The translations under genes were made by a program, and so were the position numbers. Of a stretch of DNA of 64,000 bases, positions 30,601 through 39,359 are shown in pieces. This DNA comes from a virus, in IMG/VR virus record IMGVR_UViG_3300030202_002773, positions 17,846 to 81,845 of that record; one strand, given 5' to 3'. Each line of letters starts with the position of its first letter. The stretch's first letter is position 1. A model generated the notes under the pieces. It made no database searches. It was not told where the DNA came from and saw only the letters and a list, made by a program, of their open reading frames with translations.

Positions 30601-32144
30601 ATACATATGAAGCTAAAGCAGGAATTCAAGCTCAAGTACAAATAATGTCAGATTTAATTGAACATAGAGAAACAGATTTAACATCTCCTTCAGGAATAAA
30701 AATTATAAATGATTTAGCAAAAGGACTTGGAATTGAACAAGCTAGATCTAAAGAAGGGCGTGAGAGTAATAACTTTAAACATTTAACATCTTTTTTAGAT
30801 CAAAATGTATTTGGTGAAAAAGCAATTTTAAAACAATTCTCATTTTTTGGAAAGCAATTTGAAGCTAATAAACTATCTGGTAAATTAGCTGGATATACAG
30901 CTATGAATGCTTTATCTTTCAATTTATTACAAGGAGTTAATCAAAATGTACTTGATAATATAATTGGATATAGTGAAGCCTCTGCAGGTCAATTTATAGA
31001 TAAAAAATCTTTACTTAAAGGTAAAAATACTTATTGGAGTAAAGGTGGAGCAATTGGAGATTTAGGTAAAATAGCTCCTACTACTTTTGTAGGACAAATA
31101 GCTGAAATGTATGATATGATTCAAGGAGAATTTAGAGATAATTTAGGTAAAAATGTAACAGGAACTAATGCTAAAAAATTATTTTCAAGTGATGCTATGT
31201 TCTTTTTACAGCACGGTGCAGAACATGAAGTTCAAGTAAGTAGAGGTTTAGGAATGTTGGCATTTATGAAAGCTAAAGATAAAAAAGGTAAGCAGCTTAA
31301 AAATCCAGATGGTTCTGATATGACAATGTTAGATGCACATAGTCAAGATAGCAAGGGTAGAGTAAAAGTTGATGAAAGAGTTGCTAATTTTGATAGAATG
31401 AGATTTATGAATAGAATACATGGTATAAATAAACGTACTAATGGTGTCTATAATGACTTTGATGCTGCACATTTAAAAAGACATTGGTATGGTAAATTAG
31501 CAATGTTATTCAGAGGATGGATGGTTCCAGGTTATAGAAGAAGATTTGGACACGGAGAGCCTTGGCATTCAGATCATGAATTAGGAGCAATAACTCAAGG
31601 AACTTATATGACTTTTTATAAAATGCTTAGAGACAGTATTAAAACTCAGAGTAATCAATATAAAAATATGTCTGAGCTAGAAAAACAAAATGTAAGAAGA
31701 GTATCAACAGAAATATACGCTTTAGCTACTACATTTGCAATTGCTTCTGCTGCAGCATTATTAATAGATCCTGACGATGAAGAGCCTAATAGCTGGGCTG
31801 TTAATTTCTTATTATATCAAAATAGAAGATTACGTTCTGAACTTTTCTTTTATGTAAATCCACATGAAACATGGAGATTAACTAAATCGCCTACAGCAAC
31901 AATTAGACCATTAGAAAATATTGGAGCATTTGCTTTATCTACTTTAGAAAATATGTATTATTTTGGACTTGGAAATTTAGGGGGATTAATACCTGAAAAA
32001 AATATTTATTACCAAAGAAAGTCTGGAGCTAATAAAAAAGGTGAACTTAAATGGGATAATAAACTTGAAAAAGCTATTCCTATATTAAAAGGTGTTGGAA
32101 CTAGTAAAACTCCTGGAGAAGCTATTAAGTGGTTTAATATGTAG
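27609..32144 (+). CDS. Giant ejected protein 3 (RNAP cluster) with zincin HExxH domain
   Basis: 'YHEFGHAY' motif; C-terminal 'RIHGINKRTNGVY...GKLAMLFRGWM' resembles the last crAss RNAP-cluster protein. Confidence 0.7.
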   Translation: MRCRFYLHGKPSQFLTDLYNAVEEINPNLGMIHDILKHYKVIQQRYGKMFIYQGEDSSIALNHVRRINRRYPNLIAYEYKGQTSNRFGRENNEKYTFEINTAVLNNVKNMSFPEDAIEIEKEERLAAQAREERDMKLAEQSLSEQVRRENTSENKSLFGKEEEKSESVKKADKLKHHFKGVGVDINVNFTNDLAPNVSADITGTGPRSADVRLNNTYLQDDGVYHEFGHAYIDLLGIDNTLVKQAFKQLKGSELEKTVLNSYPGLEGVKLQKEVLATAIGLEGAKVEKKNPSKIQILLNKIFRSIGKLLGINQNAAAILAEQMFAGEIRSKYLIGEISGFTQESKDRNSLQKKIDDVRIYTRKLKRIAEQRNDAASQARAEALEQTLENIKSLEDFISFIDMSAKITSNIANKYQLLQNKIKAGEKIETSDQATLAELNQYIQGFDILEGLEVLFTEEKQNRVKQTTAFNTAYDKLGAVVRQRKYLEQQYIDIAIPIQAEFLSPYISQEVNENLDSLIQNIDEQEGIDNKVLAAKRHLDKKDNNWIQLNKDLKQKRISEEEYKNNLISLVKEQLENKKMHKKTLIQILTRAHKDGSTFSYWMDPLVWSNDNAIQLFALAVKDALYEGDEKSRETQYKIQELYNNFTEGVTGINNVQKLYEDLTEDIKTWVRDEDGSYKQIDRAGWVQELDMPRYQKNKQQAVEQAKNKTYFRERKDFESDELFEDYKNSIVDYKVNGKVVYKAQTKEEAYRLVRRAFGEAMGKWRQENTVPKRDAQEIMRKHEDKIAYVYKEMRPLQKKLDDNTITSIEIEKLNSLEIELSILDNWRQTNYYVNPRYPDSLTPKGSLVQPSQGEKLAGGKNRVDYTNSKYKAIMADPRKRKFYEGMISIYKEHQDKLGSAGHQLGKDSFSDMAYALPSIRKVDKDRAIEQGVLKTMKEWWVDGTDITDTDYHIYGQRWETIGGKQRKVVPAFFTNAVDKNEISLDLTSSLLAFVGMANTYEAKAGIQAQVQIMSDLIEHRETDLTSPSGIKIINDLAKGLGIEQARSKEGRESNNFKHLTSFLDQNVFGEKAILKQFSFFGKQFEANKLSGKLAGYTAMNALSFNLLQGVNQNVLDNIIGYSEASAGQFIDKKSLLKGKNTYWSKGGAIGDLGKIAPTTFVGQIAEMYDMIQGEFRDNLGKNVTGTNAKKLFSSDAMFFLQHGAEHEVQVSRGLGMLAFMKAKDKKGKQLKNPDGSDMTMLDAHSQDSKGRVKVDERVANFDRMRFMNRIHGINKRTNGVYNDFDAAHLKRHWYGKLAMLFRGWMVPGYRRRFGHGEPWHSDHELGAITQGTYMTFYKMLRDSIKTQSNQYKNMSELEKQNVRRVSTEIYALATTFAIASAAALLIDPDDEEPNSWAVNFLLYQNRRLRSELFFYVNPHETWRLTKSPTATIRPLENIGAFALSTLENMYYFGLGNLGGLIPEKNIYYQRKSGANKKGELKWDNKLEKAIPILKGVGTSKTPGEAIKWFNM

Positions 32145-32155
32145 GAAATTAACGG

Positions 32156-32188
32156 AAAAAGGGGGGTAAACAACCCCCTCTTTTTTTT
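32156..32188. terminator. Bidirectional intrinsic terminator between convergent gene blocks
   Basis: AAAAA-GGGGGGT-AAACA-ACCCCC-TC-TTTTTTTT: GC hairpin flanked by A and T tracts exactly at the strand switch. Confidence 0.85.
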
Positions 32189-32582
32189 ACATAGACATTT
32201 TTAACAATAATAAATAACCAATTAAATCATCAACTGTATCCTCAGTTTCATCATTAATTCCTTTATTTTTTATCCTCATTATTTTATCATCAATTCTTGC
32301 ACATAAAGCTTCAGTAGCATTAAGCTTACTAAATATACCAGCAGGATTTAATGCACTATTTCCATATGATTTATTTTTTGATTTTAATAAATCTGTAACA
32401 GATTTTGCAATAATATCTAATTTTTCATCAAATGGAATATGTGCTCCTTTATTTCTATCAGGTTGATAGTAGTATTTACTATGTCCAAGTGTATTATTCA
32501 TAGAATAAGGAGTATTAAATTCCATTCCTTTTGGTGTAGACATTTGTACTTTGCCTTTACACCCGCAATCTTTATCTTTCAT
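32187..32582 (-). CDS. DUF1599 / nucleotide-modification-associated domain 1 protein
   Basis: 'KNKSYGNS...ARIDDKIMRIKN...EDTVDDLIGYLLL' matches the family pattern. Confidence 0.75.
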   Translation of the reverse strand: MKDKDCGCKGKVQMSTPKGMEFNTPYSMNNTLGHSKYYYQPDRNKGAHIPFDEKLDIIAKSVTDLLKSKNKSYGNSALNPAGIFSKLNATEALCARIDDKIMRIKNKGINDETEDTVDDLIGYLLLLKMSM

Positions 32583-33346
32583 ATTTTTAATTGTTTTTTA
32601 ATTTCATAAGTTTCTAAATCATAAAGCTCATTATCAAAATCTATAGCAGTTAAAAGTTCAGAATTTAAGTCTATTTTAGCATCTAGTTTCTTTTCCATAG
32701 CTTTTCTTCTTTTTTCTGATTTCCATAATACATGCGCAACTTGATCATTCATTTCTAATCCGTGAAATTCTAATATATGAAATTTATAATTTTCATCCAT
32801 TTCTGAATATTTACCTTGTTTTAATTTTTTATAGTTTTTAACATGCTCTTTTGGAATATCAAATATAAATAATACATGATATGGATCTATATCTATTTTT
32901 TCTGAAAAAGATCTAAAAGTTTTTAATGCTTTTTCAAACTTAAGGAATAAAGGATCTATTGAAAATTTATACAGTAATACTATACAATTTTTTTTATCTT
33001 CTATTCCAGTAAATGCATTCATAAATAATTTATTCCAGAAAAATAATCTTCTTTCTCCTCCTAGCATTGGTAAAATAAATGTAGAACTTTTTGTCCTTGT
33101 AGCAGTTAATAAATCATAATACATTACATTATTTTTTACAACTTTTTTAATAGTATTTATTTTATATTTGAATTTTTTAACTTCTGTAATACTATCAACT
33201 GTTACACATATACCATGTTCAGGACTTTCTAAAGATATTATTCTATCATCTATTTTGTGAGGTATTAAAGATGTTGTTCCCCCAGATACTCTGATAGCCA
33301 AAGCATTTATAGGAGTGTAAGTAAGTTCTGTACATTTTATTGCCAT
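32579..33346 (-). CDS. Hypothetical phage protein
   Basis: 255-aa ORF overlapping both neighbours; no function recognised. Confidence 0.6.
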   Translation of the reverse strand: MAIKCTELTYTPINALAIRVSGGTTSLIPHKIDDRIISLESPEHGICVTVDSITEVKKFKYKINTIKKVVKNNVMYYDLLTATRTKSSTFILPMLGGERRLFFWNKLFMNAFTGIEDKKNCIVLLYKFSIDPLFLKFEKALKTFRSFSEKIDIDPYHVLFIFDIPKEHVKNYKKLKQGKYSEMDENYKFHILEFHGLEMNDQVAHVLWKSEKRRKAMEKKLDAKIDLNSELLTAIDFDNELYDLETYEIKKQLKI

Positions 33347-34083
33347 AGATCATCAGAATTTATAGGTTCAATTTCATAAATTGTAGAAGGATTAAGTTCC
33401 ATATCTAGCTCTCTACGGACATCCGCTCTATCTTTTAGTATGTAAATAAGCTTAAAAGTTTCAGCAAATTTACTAATTCCTGCAGCATATTCAAACTTTT
33501 CTATATATTTATTTAAAACAAATTTTGGCATTTCATCAGTAGGTACATCTTTTAACCATGTGTCAGCTGTTTTTGGACCTACTTTTGGTATACCTTGAAT
33601 ACCATCAGTACTGTCACCCATAAGCATTTGTTTCCATAAAAATGTTAAAGCTCCTTTTGTGTCTTGTACTACCATTTCTGCTTTTCCATAATTATAATGT
33701 GTTCCTGCATTTTGATACAATACATCTTTATCAGGGCTACATATAACTGTATTGTCACCGTGATATATAGATACTAAATCATCTGCTTCTAATTCAGGAA
33801 TAGATGTAAAATGCCATTTTTGTCTTAAATATTCTTTAATAGCAGGAAAGATAATAGGTTTATCTCCATATTTTCTATTTCCTTTATAAGGTTTAGTTTT
33901 AGCTGCAGCATATCTAAAACATTTACCAGATGTAAGAAATCCTGCATAATGTGTAGCTCCTACCTGCTCAAACATTTGATGTAATCTTCCGTCTAAACTT
34001 TCTAAGGCCTCTTCTAGGGTAGGCTTGCCCATTTCATAATAGATTAAACTATCGCCATCTATTAAAGCTGTTTTTTGTGTCAT
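33337..34083 (-). CDS. 5'-3' exonuclease / flap endonuclease (T7 gp6 / RNase H-like)
   Basis: 'ALIDGDS', 'YKGNR', 'LEADD', 'SPDKD', 'GDSTDGIQGIPKVGPKTA' motifs. Confidence 0.9.
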   Translation of the reverse strand: MTQKTALIDGDSLIYYEMGKPTLEEALESLDGRLHQMFEQVGATHYAGFLTSGKCFRYAAAKTKPYKGNRKYGDKPIIFPAIKEYLRQKWHFTSIPELEADDLVSIYHGDNTVICSPDKDVLYQNAGTHYNYGKAEMVVQDTKGALTFLWKQMLMGDSTDGIQGIPKVGPKTADTWLKDVPTDEMPKFVLNKYIEKFEYAAGISKFAETFKLIYILKDRADVRRELDMELNPSTIYEIEPINSDDLWQ

Positions 34084-34234
34084 ATTTTAATTTTTATTAG
34101 GTTAAACATATCAGGGGAGGAATTGTAATTACACACAAAGTATAACAGCAATTATAAATTATTTGTATTACTAACCTCCCCCTCTATGCATCAATTAAAC
34201 ACGAGTTGGAAAATCACTAAACAACTCTTCTCAG

Positions 34235-35266
34235 TTATTTCATGTATTTTCTATACTCGGGTTTAACTTGAACTTTAAATGTATACAATTCCCTATTATG
34301 GATTTGTATTTCTTGTCTACATTGTACTTCTAATGCTCTAAAACATCTTGAATCTAGCATACCTTTATCTTCAAAATATTTAATAGCTCGTTCAGCATTA
34401 AAATTAGATAATGCATGTACATCATGTTTATCTAGCCAGTACTGAACATCTTTATTTCTATTATAGTGATATGATTTCTCATCTAAAAGACAAGAATATG
34501 TATATAATAAATACGGCTCACCAGTAGGATCAATAGTTGGGATAATTTTACCAGCCATTTCTAATTCTTCCGCAGAAACATTATACCCATCTATCATCTT
34601 TTTAAGATCTTCCATTAACTCTTCAGTCATAGGAATTCTATTAGCAGATTGATTAAGAATAGTATCAGTTTCAATTACTTGTAGTTCACCATCTTCAATC
34701 ATACTAGCTAATATAATAGACATTTTACTAAAGCAATAGCTGTCATAAGGAGCACTAGTATAATCTATGTTCCACTGCCCTTGATCAGCTAAAGCTCTTT
34801 TATCTAATAAAACATTATTACCAGTATCATTATGATAATCTTGAACTGCTTGTCTATGCTCATTAGAAAAATATCCATTATATATTTTAAACATTAGTTT
34901 ATTTTGTGGAATATTATCTACTTGAGTATATGTGTCATAGAAATTAGTATGAGGTATAATAAAATCAGCTTTTTCATAATCATTAGTAACACTAATCTTA
35001 TGTTCTTTAAGCGCTGCTTTTAATCTCTCAGTTGATACATTATGCATTGGTAATATAAAAGCTCTTTTAACTTGAGTTAAATCAGATGTTGTTTCTGTTT
35101 CTAAAAGCTCTATTATTTTATCATATTGAGCTAATGATTCTGATAAATATACTTCTTCTATTAACGTATTATTTACCATAAATCCAACTTGGTTACCGTC
35201 TTCGAATCCCAGATCAAGCAATGCCTGATCCGGAAATCCACCTGCGTGTATATTTTTACTTGCCAT
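34235..35266 (-). CDS. Hypothetical protein coupled to the MoxR-VWA pair
   Basis: Starts 2 nt after the ATPase stop; 'LKEHKISVTNDYEKADFII' is weakly BRCT-like. Confidence 0.55.
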   Translation of the reverse strand: MASKNIHAGGFPDQALLDLGFEDGNQVGFMVNNTLIEEVYLSESLAQYDKIIELLETETTSDLTQVKRAFILPMHNVSTERLKAALKEHKISVTNDYEKADFIIPHTNFYDTYTQVDNIPQNKLMFKIYNGYFSNEHRQAVQDYHNDTGNNVLLDKRALADQGQWNIDYTSAPYDSYCFSKMSIILASMIEDGELQVIETDTILNQSANRIPMTEELMEDLKKMIDGYNVSAEELEMAGKIIPTIDPTGEPYLLYTYSCLLDEKSYHYNRNKDVQYWLDKHDVHALSNFNAERAIKYFEDKGMLDSRCFRALEVQCRQEIQIHNRELYTFKVQVKPEYRKYMK

Positions 35267-35268
35267 AA

Positions 35269-36444
35269 TTATTTAATTGTCATTTTGACGATAGCTGGAT
35301 TCATCATCATTTTGTTAAACTTCTGCTTATTTCCAGTAAATATAGTTCTAACTACTAAATACTTTAAATCATTAGTAAAATAGTCTTTTGTGCACAGATT
35401 AATAAGACGCTCTTGCATTTTTGGCGTTACAGTGTCTGTTTTTGAAAAAGCAACAGAGAAATTAGCTATTCTTGTAGCTAAAAGACTAGCTATATCAGCT
35501 CTATAGTTATCGTCTTTACCTATACACTCAGTTACTTGAGCCAATACTTCTTCTGGTCCAGTTACTATTTCTTTAGGAGTTATTAGCTTATCTAATTTAT
35601 TATTGATAAATGTGGTAAACATAGATGCAAACTCATTACCTACGCTACCTTCACCAATCATTTGAATTAATGGCAACTGTTCCTCAAACTTTTTAATACT
35701 TGATATACTGTTAAAGAACGTTGAAATAGAACGGGCATTAGTCTCTTGCGTTACTAGCTCAGGGTGCATAAGCAAGAAATTAATACATCTAGTGTCTATT
35801 TCATTTTCTTCTGCCCATCTAGCCCATACATCTATATCAAATTTAAGATTAGCTGTGATGTAACGAGTTTTCTGCGCAGAATCTACAGAGTTAACCATAT
35901 AATCACCGTTGTCAGGATTAGCAGTCAATATAATATGCCAGTCTTTAGGTAAGGTCCACGAGATATAAGTCTGCCTGTCTACTAATTCCATGCATGCTTG
36001 GATAAATCTTGTGTCTGCACGATTCCAGTCGTCAAGTAGTAATACACCACCAGCTTTCTTATCAGCAATCCATTCCGGAGCTGAGTAAGACATTCTACTT
36101 TTACCTGTAGTTTGAAAACCTAGTTTAGAATGGTCGTTAACAGCTACCTCATCTACCCATTTACCTATTTTCTTACCATCTTTACTAGTCCACATTTGAA
36201 ATTGTTTAATAGGAAAACCTACTAAGTCACCTAATTCTTCTATCTGAGCTAGGTTAAGTTTAACAAAGTCTAAACCATGTTTAGCTGTCATGTCCATAAT
36301 ACTAGTAGTTTTACCAATACCGGACTCACCTACCACTTCTATTGCTACAGGCTTCTTACCGCCTGCCTGTAAGTGACGGTTGTTTGTTATGATGTGTCCT
36401 ACAAAATCTTGTAGTTCATCAATGTTTAAATTTACTTCATTCAT
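35269..36444 (-). CDS. MoxR-like AAA+ ATPase
   Basis: Walker A 'GESGIGKT', Walker B 'LLLDDWNRA', sensor 'TANP'. Confidence 0.85.
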   Translation of the reverse strand: MNEVNLNIDELQDFVGHIITNNRHLQAGGKKPVAIEVVGESGIGKTTSIMDMTAKHGLDFVKLNLAQIEELGDLVGFPIKQFQMWTSKDGKKIGKWVDEVAVNDHSKLGFQTTGKSRMSYSAPEWIADKKAGGVLLLDDWNRADTRFIQACMELVDRQTYISWTLPKDWHIILTANPDNGDYMVNSVDSAQKTRYITANLKFDIDVWARWAEENEIDTRCINFLLMHPELVTQETNARSISTFFNSISSIKKFEEQLPLIQMIGEGSVGNEFASMFTTFINNKLDKLITPKEIVTGPEEVLAQVTECIGKDDNYRADIASLLATRIANFSVAFSKTDTVTPKMQERLINLCTKDYFTNDLKYLVVRTIFTGNKQKFNKMMMNPAIVKMTIK

Positions 36445-36455
36445 GTTTAATTGTT

Positions 36456-37637
36456 TTAATTTAATTGTATTTTTATTCCAGTTAATTCCTCATTTATTTC
36501 ATAAGCTTTAGAGCTATGTACCCATAAAGCGTTTTTAGGGCAATTTTCAGGATTGCTTGCTTCACCATCTGTAAGACATATAAATCCTGAGTACTTATTT
36601 TTAGGATCATTGTAATGATCTACAACATCCTGAAAATCTGTACCACCTCTACCTTTAATTTCCCAATTTTTCTTAGGATCAAAATCAGATACATCTGTAA
36701 TCTCTGTGTCAAATTGTGCAACAGTAATTTGGTTACCAGTTTTATGCATATGTGCTAACTCGTGCATAAACTCTACTAACTCTTCACTGCTAACAGATCC
36801 TGATGTGTCAACGCCTACTAGTACGTGATTCTTATGCTTAATCTTAAGACCTGGATTAGCTGCGTAACGTTTGTTATCTTTACGTCTAAGCTTTTTAGTA
36901 TAGACTTTAGATGCATTGTTAACATAGCGTTTAAGAAAGGATTTCCAATTGAACTTAGGAGGCTCTATATGAAATAATCTTTCGATTATCTCTGCAAGTT
37001 CTCCAGGGATGGATCCACACTTCTTTTGGATCTCTTCTGCAGTCTGCTTCATCTGATGCTCATATTGCTTTTGTACTAACTTTTTCTCAGCTTCAGGTAA
37101 ATCACCAATTTCTTTCCATTCTTTATGACAGTATTGGCTATTACCATCCATTTGATCTAAGATTTTCTGAAGAGCTTCATTACATGATCCACCTTTACCG
37201 TCACAGGTATCATTAAGTATATCATAATACACTTTAGTACCTGCTTTTGGGTGTTTATGTATCTCAGTGCCTGGAAAAGAATGTAAAGTTAATCCGCCTT
37301 CTGGTAACATATGCTTATCAATATATTGGTTGATTTCTATATCTGCCGCAATATTAAAAAGCTTTTTATTAGGATATTTGTCTGCTAGTATAATGTGTCC
37401 AAAAGCTATATGTAGTAGCTCATGTTTTAGCAAACCGTGCTGATGGTCCTCACTTAGATCTCCAAAGAAATCTGGATTAATAACTAGTCTCATCCCAATG
37501 CCGTGTTTTCCTACACCTGCGGTAGCGCAACTCTTAGTGAACTCTTTTTGTAGTCCAATAAGAAAGATACCGTAGAAAGGCTCTGAAAATATCAATGTCT
37601 TAGATATTCTAGAGAGTTGATCTTGAACTGTTCTCAT
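36456..37637 (-). CDS. DUF2201-type metallopeptidase + VWA domain protein
   Basis: 'KHELLH', 'NIAADIEIN', MIDAS 'VDTSGS', 'GRGGTDF', 'LTDG'. Confidence 0.85.
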   Translation of the reverse strand: MRTVQDQLSRISKTLIFSEPFYGIFLIGLQKEFTKSCATAGVGKHGIGMRLVINPDFFGDLSEDHQHGLLKHELLHIAFGHIILADKYPNKKLFNIAADIEINQYIDKHMLPEGGLTLHSFPGTEIHKHPKAGTKVYYDILNDTCDGKGGSCNEALQKILDQMDGNSQYCHKEWKEIGDLPEAEKKLVQKQYEHQMKQTAEEIQKKCGSIPGELAEIIERLFHIEPPKFNWKSFLKRYVNNASKVYTKKLRRKDNKRYAANPGLKIKHKNHVLVGVDTSGSVSSEELVEFMHELAHMHKTGNQITVAQFDTEITDVSDFDPKKNWEIKGRGGTDFQDVVDHYNDPKNKYSGFICLTDGEASNPENCPKNALWVHSSKAYEINEELTGIKIQLN

Positions 37638-37648
37638 ATTTAATTGTT

Positions 37649-38503
37649 TTAAAATATATACCTAATTGTGTTCCAAGGTATAATTTGATTATGTAGTTGT
37701 TTGAATTCTCGTATATACTCAGCTTTCATACCAAGTTTGTATCGTATATTTTCTCCTCCATACTGAGAGCGTTTAATTTCTTGCTTATCTAAAACCCACA
37801 AGTCTATTTCTGTTTCAGGGTGTTTCCCTAAGTTAACTGTGTGCTTCTTAAAGTTATGTGTGAGAAAAATACATTCTGATAATACTTTATCTTTGTTTTT
37901 TACATAAGTATTTACCAGATTAAATAAATCTTTATAATCTTCTAACCACCCATCATACACTATAATAGGGCTGTAATTAACGTGTACATCGTAACCAGCA
38001 TCAATAAATCTATCAATAGCTTTTAATCTATCTAATATTTTAGAAGTTTTAGGCTCATGTAAATCTGATTTATGCTGTGGCATTAAACTGAATCTAATGC
38101 GTATCTTACTTTGAGGGTTAAATGAAAGAAGGTTATTGTTGACATATTTAGTTGCAAAGCTGCCCATAGCCATGGGGTGATCTCTAAAGAACTCAAAGAT
38201 CTTTTCCCATTGATGGTGTTTAGCGTGCAATGCAAAGTCTTCGTTACAACTAATATCATATGTTGTAAAGTCTGCGTGTGTTTGATTAGGTTTATCTACA
38301 GGTGTGAAGAAAGCATGGTTATTTATAGCTGTTAATATATCTCCTGTATTAGTTGCTACATCAAGACCACTATCTTTATGTCTTTTCATGTAGCAATAAG
38401 AACAGTTATATAAACAACCATAGCCAAAACTTGGACTAATAAAATCTGTAGATCTACCTGAAGGCCTAATAAGCATAGACTTTCTAGTGATCTTTTTTAT
38501 CAT
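37649..38503 (-). CDS. Spore photoproduct lyase-like radical SAM protein
   Basis: 'GCLYNCSYCY' CxxxCxxC; 'DISCNED' matches the SplB Cys-containing segment; 'SFATK', 'IRFSLMP', 'EP.TS'. Confidence 0.8.
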   Translation of the reverse strand: MIKKITRKSMLIRPSGRSTDFISPSFGYGCLYNCSYCYMKRHKDSGLDVATNTGDILTAINNHAFFTPVDKPNQTHADFTTYDISCNEDFALHAKHHQWEKIFEFFRDHPMAMGSFATKYVNNNLLSFNPQSKIRIRFSLMPQHKSDLHEPKTSKILDRLKAIDRFIDAGYDVHVNYSPIIVYDGWLEDYKDLFNLVNTYVKNKDKVLSECIFLTHNFKKHTVNLGKHPETEIDLWVLDKQEIKRSQYGGENIRYKLGMKAEYIREFKQLHNQIIPWNTIRYIF

Positions 38504-38718
38504 AAGCCTTCGTCTCTTTTTCCGTCTGCCATCATTTCAGCATGTGATTCTTTTTGCAATTCTTCATATTCATAATCTTCCATAGGTTCACAATGATCTT
38601 TGCATTGATAACAAAGACCTCTGTCTTCATCCATTTTTGCTCCGCAACAATCGCTTACCATGTCAGATCCGTAACCATCATCTATAGGGTTACTTAATTT
38701 CCAGTTATCATAGTTCAT
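38500..38718 (-). CDS. Small zinc-ribbon protein
   Basis: 'SDCCGA...LCYQCKDHCEP'; AT-rich leader. Confidence 0.6.
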   Translation of the reverse strand: MNYDNWKLSNPIDDGYGSDMVSDCCGAKMDEDRGLCYQCKDHCEPMEDYEYEELQKESHAEMMADGKRDEGL

Positions 38719-38745
38719 AATTTTTGTTTAATTGATTAATAAAAA

Positions 38746-38924
38746 AGAAAAGATAGTATAGGCTTGCCGTTGATTCACACTTATCTTAAACTGCTCTCCA
38801 TGTTCGCAGTAAAGTACTTACGCGCTTTCCTTCAATAAGTGCATCCGTTTTATCTGGACCTTCTATAGTGGCATCTTCTAACCACACGTAATGGGGCGGT
38901 ACTCATGTTCGCACTATACTTTCT
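38746..38924 (-). ncRNA. Candidate structured RNA (~180 nt)
   Basis: GC-richer intergenic block. Terminal pairing AGTATAG/CTATACT, internal CACTTAT/ATAAGTG and ACTGC/GCAGT stems, duplicated CATGTTCGCA. Strand is inferred from the flanking genes. Confidence 0.45.
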
Positions 38925-38927
38925 AAT

Positions 38928-39359
38928 CTATAATTGTGTTATAAGTTCAACAACTTCATCTACTTGCTTTTTGTTTCTTGGCATAAAAAGCACATATTGT
39001 TTGTTGTTGTCTTTAAGATGTTTTTTAAATAGCTTCCACCTTAAAGGAAAAGACTCATTTGCATAGCCTTTTGTTTCGATAATAAATTTACCGTTGGGAT
39101 CTACAAAATCAGGTGTATATGTTATAGGTCTGATTTTAGATCCTTTGTTATAAAGCTTTTTAGTTGTCCCTTCATAACAAGCCAATGGATAAACCATTGC
39201 AGGAAATATAGTAAATGTTTCCTCTTCGTATTTAACTTTAATTTTAGCTTCTTCTAATTTTTTATAACAATGTAACTCTAAATTAGATTTAAATTCGAGT
39301 CCTTTATACGTAGATTTTTTAGCATTCTTTACTTTAGATCTAGAGTACTTCCTCCTCAT
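38928..39359 (-). CDS. PD-(D/E)xK endonuclease (T7 endonuclease I-like Holliday junction resolvase)
   Basis: 'FKSNLE', 'YTPDF', 'IIETKG'. Confidence 0.8.
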   Translation of the reverse strand: MRRKYSRSKVKNAKKSTYKGLEFKSNLELHCYKKLEEAKIKVKYEEETFTIFPAMVYPLACYEGTTKKLYNKGSKIRPITYTPDFVDPNGKFIIETKGYANESFPLRWKLFKKHLKDNNKQYVLFMPRNKKQVDEVVELITQL

